From an uncultured Candidatus Saccharibacteria bacterium (GTDB lineage Bacteria > Patescibacteriota > Minisyncoccia > Phycocordibacterales > XYD1-FULL-46-19): a stretch of DNA of 51,313 bases. Below the pieces are notes generated by a model. It saw nothing but the letters and a program-made list of their open reading frames with translations. It did no database searches and was not told the DNA's origin. Shown piece after piece: positions 1 to 7,583 of this stretch (its first letter is position 1; each line of letters begins with the position of its first letter). The stretch lies in contig CAZXCI010000001.1 in assembly GCA_964639285.1 (NCBI GenBank), forward strand, positions 285,757 to 337,069, read 5' to 3'. The translations under genes and the position numbers were made by a program.

Positions 1-311
1 TTTATTCTATCATATTCCCAAAAATCCTTGCTAATTAAATCCCCTATACTAAAACATAGATAGTTGTTCTCTTTGGCCAGGAATCGAAGCACGCTAGGAG
101 TTTTTCCTTCAAGTTCTTTAAACCTAACTCATCTTCGTTTCCTTTCTTCTCCCTCCACCCTTGCTTCTTCGGAAGTCGGGATGGTTTTTTAATCTAATTC
201 CTAATTACACCACACCTTCTTTTTTCCAATAGTGCGTGTTTAATATTACAACACATTTGACCCCCATACCAAGGACGGTCCTCCTACTCTCTACTCTTTA
301 ATTAACAAGGG

Positions 312-1610
312 TTATATACTCCTCCCTGCGACATAGCCGGTGGTCCAGCAGAGTTGGAGGGAGAAGCCACCGGAAGGGCGAGAGATATTGAGGAGATCGC
401 CGGTCACATAAATATTATCGTGGAGGCGCGAGCGCATGGTGCGAAGATCAATTTCGGCAAGTTCAACTCCCCCATCCGAAACCACCGCACGATCGAAGCC
501 CATGAGGCCGGTGATAGTGAGGGGTAAGGCCTTGAGCAAGTCGACAATGGCTCGACGCTCGTCTTTGGTCACACTATGAACTTTTTTATCAAGATCAATT
601 TTCCTGGCTAATAAAGTAACGAGAGCAGGACCAAGACCATCTGGCGAGACTTCAGGTAAAACGTTCTTGAGAGTTTTGTTTTTGTGCTGATCCAAAATTT
701 TAATCACTTGCTTCTCAAGTGAGCCAATATCAGTATCAGGATAAGTGTCTATTGTTGCCGTAACTATTCCTCCTGTTTGAATTAAATATTTTACCTCGCG
801 AGCCAGATTGAGAATAAGCGGGCTGGATAGGCCGAAGTGAGTAAAGAGAATTTTGCCTTTTTTTGCGAACTTTTTGATCCCATCTAAGAAAAAAGTTATC
901 TTCATAAATGAGAGCGACACGCCCGAGAGATCCTTGGCCCACCTCTCTTTGACGGCGAGTGGGACAATATCAGGCGAAGGCTCTTTGACCGTATGACCAA
1001 GCGAGCGGAGCCAGGTAAAACCATCTCCTGTGGCACCAAGTTCGGGATGAGAGAGACCGCCAGTGGCAAAAATGAAATTTTTTGCGTAGTACTTACCGCC
1101 TTCAGCCTTCGCCAAGGCTACGGCCGACGCGTGCGTGGCTATTACCCCGATTACTTGCTGATTGTTGTTCTTGATTAGTTTGACTACTTTAGTTCCCGTC
1201 TTGACAACGACGCCACCGCCGCGCATAAATTTTTCTAAAACTCTGAAGACATCTTCAGCCCTCTGTGTCGCCGGGAAAACTCGTTTGCGTGCTTCAACAA
1301 CAAGAGGCAAACCCCGTGATTCAAAAAATTTAAAGGTGTCAGCCACGCCAAATTGAGCAAAAGGCGATTGAAGGAAATCTTTGGCCTGACCATAATGACG
1401 AAGAAATATCTCCTTGTCTTCCTCTGCATTAGTGATATTACATCGGCCCCCACCGGTTGCCTTAAGTTTGTCGCCCAATCTCTCATTTTTCTCTAACAAC
1501 AAAACTCGTTTCCCTTTCTCGGCTGCAATTCCCGCTGCCATCATACCCGACGGACCACCGCCAACTATGATAACGTCATAAATATCATTTTTTGTTTCTG
1601 GTTTTCTCAC
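312..1610 (-). CDS. HI0933/YhiN (BaiN-like) family flavoprotein, NAD(P)/FAD-dependent oxidoreductase
   Basis: GGGPSG dinucleotide-binding motif, KLKATGGGRCNITN, ATGG, TGDG and GGF family motifs; carries an in-frame palindromic insertion at ~1097-1130. Confidence 0.92.
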   Translation of the reverse strand: MRKPETKNDIYDVIIVGGGPSGMMAAGIAAEKGKRVLLLEKNERLGDKLKATGGGRCNITNAEEDKEIFLRHYGQAKDFLQSPFAQFGVADTFKFFESRGLPLVVEARKRVFPATQRAEDVFRVLEKFMRGGGVVVKTGTKVVKLIKNNNQQVIGVIATHASAVALAKAEGGKYYAKNFIFATGGLSHPELGATGDGFTWLRSLGHTVKEPSPDIVPLAVKERWAKDLSGVSLSFMKITFFLDGIKKFAKKGKILFTHFGLSSPLILNLAREVKYLIQTGGIVTATIDTYPDTDIGSLEKQVIKILDQHKNKTLKNVLPEVSPDGLGPALVTLLARKIDLDKKVHSVTKDERRAIVDLLKALPLTITGLMGFDRAVVSDGGVELAEIDLRTMRSRLHDNIYVTGDLLNISRPSGGFSLQLCWTTGYVAGRSI

Positions 1611-1614
1611 AAAT

Positions 1615-2400
1615 CTATTCTATCACTACCCAACGCCATTTGCCGAATTGGTCTTGGTGGAATTTATAATAACCATAATCGAATGACTTAATTAATTTCT
1701 CAATTTTAGCCTTCTGGCCATAGCCAAATTCAAGGTAGATACGTCCCTCGGGGCTGAGATAATCCTTCGCTTGTTTAAGAAATTTTTTGATTATAGCCAA
1801 GCCATCGGGACCGGCATAGAGAGCCTCCTTAGGCTCCCACTCCTTCACCGATTTTTGCACCTTAGATTTCTTGGTTGGGACATAGGGCGGGTTAGCGAAA
1901 ATAATATCGAACCGGCCTTTAATATTAGAAAAAATATCTGTCTTGATGATTTTGCGATTCACGGGATAGAGATCACCGAAGGTTACTTTTGCTTTTGGAA
2001 AATGTTTTTGGACAGCCAGGCCAATGCAGCCGGAACCAGAGAACAAGTCCAGAACTCGAAGAGAGCGTGAGAAGTCGTTTTTTGTGGAACTAAATGCGAC
2101 TTCGCACGTGGCTTCGGTTTTGCGACGATCTTTCAAAACTTCGCCGACCCAAAATTCAGTTTCTTCACGAGGGATAAGTGGACGAGAAGACAAATCAATC
2201 TTGCAACCCAAAAATTTCTTCCAACCAATAACATAATCAATTGGTTCGCCCATCTGTAGCCTCTTGACGTCCCCTGTAAGCCGATTTTTATTTGTGCGAG
2301 ACCTGCCTGCGCAGGCAGGTTGGATATCGCACATTTTATATTTATCGCGTTTAAGCCAAGAAATCTCCTTATGCAAATTTTTTAGACTTTTCTTCTTCAC
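1615..2400 (-). CDS. prmC: Release factor glutamine methyltransferase (HemK/PrmC)
   Basis: GEPIDYVIG, LIPREETE, DLFSGSGCI (SAM motif I), NPPY; two in-frame palindromic insertions. Confidence 0.92.
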   Translation of the reverse strand: MKKKSLKNLHKEISWLKRDKYKMCDIQPACAGRSRTNKNRLTGDVKRLQMGEPIDYVIGWKKFLGCKIDLSSRPLIPREETEFWVGEVLKDRRKTEATCEVAFSSTKNDFSRSLRVLDLFSGSGCIGLAVQKHFPKAKVTFGDLYPVNRKIIKTDIFSNIKGRFDIIFANPPYVPTKKSKVQKSVKEWEPKEALYAGPDGLAIIKKFLKQAKDYLSPEGRIYLEFGYGQKAKIEKLIKSFDYGYYKFHQDQFGKWRWVVIE

Positions 2401-2442
2401 CGCTATACCTTAACACAAGCTCCGCCTTTTGCTAACAAAAAT

Positions 2443-2471
2443 TCCCCCGAGCGTGCTTGCACGCCCGGGGG
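2443..2471 (-). terminator. GC-rich hairpin, probable intrinsic terminator of the small minus-strand ORF at 2484-2603
   Basis: cccccgagcgtgc-tt-gcacgcccggggg stem; followed by aatttttgtt on the minus strand. Confidence 0.55.
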
Positions 2472-2483
2472 ACACAAAAAAAG

Positions 2484-2603
2484 CTAGAACGAAAAGATAT
2501 CATCGTTGTCGTCGCCCGCAATGAGACAAATACCCAACCCAATGATAGCGAAAACAATGATGACGAAAAAAACCACTCCCAACCAGAAGAAAAAGCTTGT
2601 CAT
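2484..2603 (-). CDS. 39-aa single-TM small protein (MTSFFFWLGVVFFVIIVFAIIGLGICLIAGDDNDDIFSF), not in ORF track
   Basis: Hand translation; GGAGG SD upstream of ATG; hydrophobic helix plus acidic tail; downstream hairpin. Confidence 0.65.
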   Translation of the reverse strand: MTSFFFWLGVVFFVIIVFAIIGLGICLIAGDDNDDIFSF

Positions 2604-2773
2604 ACGAACCTCCCTCCAGTTCCCCTAAAGGAACCATGTTTGATTTGCTTTTATTTCAGAGAACGATTCTATATATGTTTTACTAGACAAAGGTAATTCT
2701 GTCAATTTTTTTAATTTAGGTAAAATTTGTTATAATTTGTTTTAGTAAAAATATTATTAGTAATAATTAAAAA

Positions 2774-3472
2774 ATGGAAAATAAAACATTCTTCGGTATT
2801 ATCTTGGCCGCTATCGTTATTGCTCTCGTCATTGTCGGCTGGAGAACAACGCGCTCCAACAAAGTCCCAGTCGAATTATTGAATATTACAAATTCGACAA
2901 GTTCACCCCAAATAATGGGAACTTCCACTCAAGCTACAAGCTCCGAACAAATTAATCAGGATAACAATAATAAAATGTCGCCAATCATAACTTTAGAAAC
3001 TTCGCTCGGCACTGTCCAATTTGAAACTTATCCCGATGACGCTCCCAACACCGTTGCCAACTTCATCAAATTAGCAGAACAAAATTACTACAACGGCCTC
3101 AGCTTCCACCGTGTAATCGACGGCTTCATGATCCAAGGCGGTGACCCTAATTGCACCGACGGACGGTCTAATGGTCCTTGCGGTACCGGTGGTCCTGGAT
3201 ACCAATTTGCCGACGAGCTTGACCCTAATACTCCCTCTTACAAAGCCGGATACCAGAAGGGGGTAGTCGCGATGGCCAACGCTGGCCCTAATACCAATGG
3301 TTCTCAATTTTTCATCATGTTAGAAAATAATCCCTTGCCCAATGCTTACACCATCTTCGGCAAAGTCATCAAGGGCCAAGAAGTCGTCGAAAAAATTGGC
3401 AAGACCAAGACTACTTCTGATGACCGACCAATTGAAGACATTCTTATTAAGAAAGTTACTGTGACCAAATAA
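2774..3472 (+). CDS. Cyclophilin-type peptidyl-prolyl isomerase with N-terminal membrane anchor
   Basis: FHRVIDGFMIQGGDP, AMANAGPNTNGSQFFI, YTIFGKV; N-terminal hydrophobic helix and S/T-rich linker. Confidence 0.95.
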   Translation: MENKTFFGIILAAIVIALVIVGWRTTRSNKVPVELLNITNSTSSPQIMGTSTQATSSEQINQDNNNKMSPIITLETSLGTVQFETYPDDAPNTVANFIKLAEQNYYNGLSFHRVIDGFMIQGGDPNCTDGRSNGPCGTGGPGYQFADELDPNTPSYKAGYQKGVVAMANAGPNTNGSQFFIMLENNPLPNAYTIFGKVIKGQEVVEKIGKTKTTSDDRPIEDILIKKVTVTK

Positions 3473-3477
3473 CCTTG

Positions 3478-4185
3478 ATGAAACTCCTCTTTTTGGACAC
3501 GGAAACGACTGGTAATGATGTAGCTAAAGATCGACTTTGCCAGATTTGCTATAAAACTGGAGATAAAATCAAAACCGCCTACTTCAAACCTCCAGTTCCC
3601 ATCTCCACAAAATCCTCAAGTATCACCCATATTACCAACAAAATGGTGGGAAATAAGCCACCTTTTGAAGGGAGCCTCGAGCAAAAAGATCTCCGCGAGC
3701 TACTCAAGAACCATGTATTAGTTGCTCATAATGCCAAGTTCGATATCGCAATTCTCGAAAATGATAACGTGGGTGTCCCTCAATACATCTGCACTCTTCG
3801 TATTGCTCGTCATCTAGACGAGAACGCCGTCATCCCCGAATATAATCTACAATTCTTGCGCTATTACTTAGACCTCGAGATTGAAGGTCTAGCTCATGAT
3901 GCTTGCGGTGACGTCTTAGTGACCGAAGCCATCTTCAATCGACAACTTCAAAAATTCTTAGAAAAAGGAATGAGCGAGACTGAGGCGGTTGAAGAAATGA
4001 TAAAAATCTCAAGCCAACCCTCCCTTTTCAAAAAAATCCCATTTGGTAAGCACAAAGATAAAACCTTAGAAGAAATCGCTAAGACTGACCGAGGTTATCT
4101 CGAATGGCTATACAAACAAAAACTCGAAGACGGCGAAGAAGATGAAGATTGGCTCTTCACGCTTAAACATTATTTAGGAAAGTAA
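3478..4185 (+). CDS. DEDDh 3'-5' exonuclease (DnaQ/ExoX-like) with C-terminal DUF3820-like domain
   Basis: FLDTETTG, AHNAKFD, HDACGD motifs; C-terminal PFGKHK...YLEWL. Confidence 0.88.
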   Translation: MKLLFLDTETTGNDVAKDRLCQICYKTGDKIKTAYFKPPVPISTKSSSITHITNKMVGNKPPFEGSLEQKDLRELLKNHVLVAHNAKFDIAILENDNVGVPQYICTLRIARHLDENAVIPEYNLQFLRYYLDLEIEGLAHDACGDVLVTEAIFNRQLQKFLEKGMSETEAVEEMIKISSQPSLFKKIPFGKHKDKTLEEIAKTDRGYLEWLYKQKLEDGEEDEDWLFTLKHYLGK

Positions 4186-4205
4186 AAAACCACCAACGAA
4201 CTTAC

Positions 4206-4291
4206 AAAAATCACGAGTAAGCTTCTAAAAAGTCCTCGGATCTTCTCGCTACGCTCGGCCAGACATTTTTATAAGCTTACTCGTGATTTTT
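4206..4291. repeat. Perfect 19-bp inverted repeat (4206-4224 / 4273-4291) forming a long hairpin between convergent genes
   Basis: aaaaatcacgagtaagctt ... aagcttactcgtgattttt, extended inward by taaaaagtc/gacattttta; MITE-like or bidirectional terminator. Confidence 0.8.
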
Positions 4292-6122
4292 AGTTCACTC
4301 CAGGTTTGAAAGTTGTGCGTTTACTACGTGAACGTTCAGTCTCGGTAAGAAGGGCTTTACGCAAGCGAACGGACTTTGGCGTAATTTCAAGATATTCATC
4401 GTCAGCAATAATTTCAAGTCCTCGTTCAATGGTAATGACAAACGGTGGTGCCAACATCACCTTGTCATCCGTCCCGGCTGCCCGCATATTGGTAAGTTGC
4501 TTGCTTTTAATCGGATTAACAGGCATTTCTTCGCCCTTAGAGGTGTTACCAATAACCTGTCCTTCATAGACTTCATTGCCAGGCGCCACATAGAGTGTCC
4601 CCCGTGTCTGGAGATTATCTAGAGCATAGGCCAGAACTTTGCCAGTGATCATCGAAATCATCGAACCATATTGCGTCTTCTTAATTTCTCCAGTAAAAGG
4701 ACGAAAACCGATAACACGAGAAGACATTATTCCCTCACCCTTGGTATCAATTATAAATTGGTTACGATAGCCTAAGAGGCCCCGCGTTGGCCCTTCGAAG
4801 ATTAAACGCACGGTCGAAGAACTATGATGGATAGGTCGGAGGCAAGTCATAATCGCTCCCCGCTGACCAAGACGATCAATGATCGCACCCTGAAATTCGC
4901 TCGGGGTATCAATAGTCACTTCTTCAAACGGTTCAACTCTCTCCCCCGCCTCTTCCTTAACAATAACATGAGGCTGAGAAACACTAAGTTCGTAACCCTC
5001 GCGACGCATATTCTCAAGAAGAATGGCGATATGAAGTTCTCCTCGGCCAAAAACTTGATATTTGTCGTTAGAAGAGAAATCAACCTTGAGCCCGACATTA
5101 ACTTCGAGCTCGCGCTCAAGACGTTCACGGATCTGACGGCTAGTAACATACTTCCCCTCCCGGCCGGCAAAAGGTGAATCATTGACCATAAAATTGAGAG
5201 AGATGGTCGGTTCGTCAATCTGGATAGCCGGCAATAATTCACTCTCCGCATCGGCACAGATCGTCTCCCCAATATAAATCTCCGGAATACCAGCAATCAT
5301 CACAATGTCGCCAGACACAGCCTCCTGAACTTCTTCCCGGTCAAGACCTCGGAAGGTATAGAGCTTGGTAATTTTGCCCGTGTAATCAGGCGCTCCTAAT
5401 TTCTTAACAACGACCGCATCTCCCGACTTAACCACCCCCTCGTAAACACGGCAAATCGCCAAGCGTCCCAAATAATTATCGTAGGCAAGGTTGAAAGGTT
5501 GGGCCCGGAAGGGAACATCTATCTTAGCTGTGACCGGAGGAATTTTTTCTAAAATTATGTCAAGAAGAGGAAAAATGTTTTCGCTCTTATCATCGAGATT
5601 CAACTTGGCCATCCCGTCACGACCAATAGCATAGACAACTTTGAAATTCATTTGATCTTCGGTCGCACCAAGATCCATGAAAAGTTCTAAGACTTCCTCC
5701 TCAGCCCGATGAGGATCAGCCGCCGGTTTATCAATTTTGTTAATAACAACAATCGGTTTGAGGCCAAGTTCAAGAGATTTCTTAAGAACAAAACGCGTCT
5801 GGGGCATTGGGCCCTCTTGGGCATCAACCACCAAGACGACGTCATCAACCGAGCGCAAAACCCGCTCAACTTCAGAACCAAAGTCGGCATGACCCGGAGT
5901 ATCGACAAGATTGATCTTCGTCGGGGCTCGACCTGAACCAGCCAAAGGATAGAAAAGAGAGGCATTTTTAGAATAAATAGTAATCCCTCGCTCTTGCTCT
6001 AGAGCATTGGTATCCATACTGAAGCCTTCGGGCACCATCCCCGTCTGACGCAACATGGCGTCGGTCAAAGTTGTCTTACCGTGGTCCACGTGAGCGATAA
6101 TTGCAATATTACGTATTTCCAT
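4290..6122 (-). CDS. typA: Translational GTPase TypA/BipA
   Basis: [34 protein letters not shown]-terminal TPKSVRLRK. Confidence 0.97.
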   Translation of the reverse strand: MEIRNIAIIAHVDHGKTTLTDAMLRQTGMVPEGFSMDTNALEQERGITIYSKNASLFYPLAGSGRAPTKINLVDTPGHADFGSEVERVLRSVDDVVLVVDAQEGPMPQTRFVLKKSLELGLKPIVVINKIDKPAADPHRAEEEVLELFMDLGATEDQMNFKVVYAIGRDGMAKLNLDDKSENIFPLLDIILEKIPPVTAKIDVPFRAQPFNLAYDNYLGRLAICRVYEGVVKSGDAVVVKKLGAPDYTGKITKLYTFRGLDREEVQEAVSGDIVMIAGIPEIYIGETICADAESELLPAIQIDEPTISLNFMVNDSPFAGREGKYVTSRQIRERLERELEVNVGLKVDFSSNDKYQVFGRGELHIAILLENMRREGYELSVSQPHVIVKEEAGERVEPFEEVTIDTPSEFQGAIIDRLGQRGAIMTCLRPIHHSSSTVRLIFEGPTRGLLGYRNQFIIDTKGEGIMSSRVIGFRPFTGEIKKTQYGSMISMITGKVLAYALDNLQTRGTLYVAPGNEVYEGQVIGNTSKGEEMPVNPIKSKQLTNMRAAGTDDKVMLAPPFVITIERGLEIIADDEYLEITPKSVRLRKALLTETERSRSKRTTFKPGVN

Positions 6123-6237
6123 CTTTAAGTAAAAAATTCTCCCCAGAGGAGAACCTTTATCCAGTATACTCCAATTGCTTTAATTTTACAATTGTTCTAT
6201 AATTGACGAATTATCAGTTTCCATTAATTTAAATAAA

Positions 6238-6387
6238 ATGGACGACGAAACAAAGAAGTGTGTTTGCACTGATGACTGCACTTGCAAGTGCAACGACGTA
6301 AACTGTGGCTGTTGTGAAAAAACAGACGCAGGTGAGGACGTTGACCCTGAGGCTGAGATAGACGAGGAGACCGAGGACGCTTACTAG
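6238..6387 (+). CDS. 49-aa Cys-rich acidic peptide, metallothionein-like (MDDETKKCVCTDDCTCKCNDVNCGCCEKTDAGEDVDPEAEIDEETEDAY), not in ORF track
   Basis: Hand translation; 8 Cys in CxC/CxCxC/CxCC clusters; followed by a terminator. Confidence 0.7.
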   Translation: MDDETKKCVCTDDCTCKCNDVNCGCCEKTDAGEDVDPEAEIDEETEDAY

Positions 6388-6404
6388 TTTCCGATTTAGA
6401 GAGA

Positions 6405-6441
6405 ATAAATAAAACCCCCTAATATTAGGGGTTTTATTTAT
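6405..6441. terminator. Bidirectional intrinsic terminator
   Basis: ataaataaaacccc...ggggttttatttat inverted repeat between convergent ORFs. Confidence 0.75.
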
Positions 6442-6680
6442 TGAGCAATTTTCTGACCGCCGCCAGCCTCTTTTCTTTTTTTCTTTTTTTGTCTAGATTT
6501 AGCAATTTCAACCCTGGCTAATTCCCGCCCCCGATCACAAGCAAAGCAGGGCCCAGAACCACCACAGACATTACAATCTATTTCATATTCTGGGGCACGA
6601 GGGTATTCCTTCGCCGGAGAAGTAATAGCTTCCCTTTCTGGCTTTTTCTCCTCTTCTTCTGGCAAGTCCTCAAAATACAT
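6438..6680 (-). CDS. Small protein with CxxCxGxG-CxxC zinc-finger motif
   Basis: CNVCGGSGPCFACDRG; AGGAG SD before ATG at 6680 (ORF track start at 6734 is probably too long). Confidence 0.6.
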   Translation of the reverse strand: MYFEDLPEEEEKKPEREAITSPAKEYPRAPEYEIDCNVCGGSGPCFACDRGRELARVEIAKSRQKKKKRKEAGGGQKIAQ

Positions 6681-6758
6681 TTGTTCTCCTACTTCCTTCA
6701 TACATTTATTGTACCATATTGAAAAATAAGTCAAAAAGGGCTAAGATAAACAAGTAAT

Positions 6759-6832
6759 TGCGGGATCGTCTAAAGGTAGGACAGCAGCCTTTGAAGCTGT
6801 GAATCTTGGTTCGATTCCAAGTCCCGCAGCCA
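6759..6832 (+). tRNA. tRNA-Gln (anticodon UUG), CCA encoded
   Basis: Acceptor TGCGGGA/TCCCGCA, anticodon stem GCAGC/GCTGT with loop CT-TTG-AA, T-loop GGTTCGATTCC. Confidence 0.95.
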
Positions 6833-6969
6833 ACTTGTGCTAGCACGAGATACGTGTTGTAATATAGAACTTGAGCTAGTTAAAAATGCCTAATTATTTT
6901 TTCAAATTAACACCGTCTATATTTTTAAAAAGCTCGAAATAGCTGATATTTTGTTGTATAATCGTAAAC

Positions 6970-7578
6970 ATGGACGAAATCGTATATGTTTTAATAAATG
7001 AAGCAATGCCCGGTTATGTAAAGATCGGGTTGACTAATGGTTCACTTGAAGAGAGAATCCGTTCCCTCGATACAACAAGTGTCCCTCTTCCTTTTGAATG
7101 TTTTTATGCAGCCCGGGTAAAAAATTGTCGAGAAGTTGAGAAATTACTTCATGATGCCTTTTTAGATCATCGGATCCGTTCAAATAGAGAATTTTTTGAA
7201 ATATCTCCTGAGCGAGTGGTCTCGGCCATTAAACTTGCTGAAGTAGAAAATGTAACTCCTAAAAAAGATTTTGTTGAATCTGAGGAAGATCAAAAGGCCT
7301 TAAATCAAGCTCGAGAAAAAAGATCGGCCTTTAATTTCGGAATGGTTAATATCCCAATTGGAGCTGAAATAGCTTTTGTAAACGACGAGAATATAAAGGC
7401 AAAAGTCGTTAAACTTAGCGGAAAAAGAAGCATTGAATTTAATGGTGAACTCACTAGCCCTTCCACTGCCGCCCAAAAAATTCTCGGTTATCCATACAAT
7501 GTACAAGGAACTGTTTATTGGATGTATCAGGGAGAGACTCTTGATGAACGAAGACGAAGACTAGAGAATGAGGAATAA
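6970..7578 (+). CDS. GIY-YIG (T5orf172/MUG113-like) nuclease with C-terminal RAMA-like domain
   Basis: VYVLINEAMPGYVKIGLT, VPLPFEC, EKLLH, NREFF; C-terminal SPSTAAQKIL...GTVYWMY. Confidence 0.8.
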   Translation: MDEIVYVLINEAMPGYVKIGLTNGSLEERIRSLDTTSVPLPFECFYAARVKNCREVEKLLHDAFLDHRIRSNREFFEISPERVVSAIKLAEVENVTPKKDFVESEEDQKALNQAREKRSAFNFGMVNIPIGAEIAFVNDENIKAKVVKLSGKRSIEFNGELTSPSTAAQKILGYPYNVQGTVYWMYQGETLDERRRRLENEE

Positions 7579-7583
7579 TATTT

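Noticed and set aside
1-300. Possible small gene or RNA at the left edge
   Set aside because: No convincing ORF or fold could be supported from the sequence available.
2457-2696. 79-aa plus-strand ORF in the track
   Set aside because: It is the shadow of the better supported minus-strand 39-aa ORF, which has an SD and terminator.
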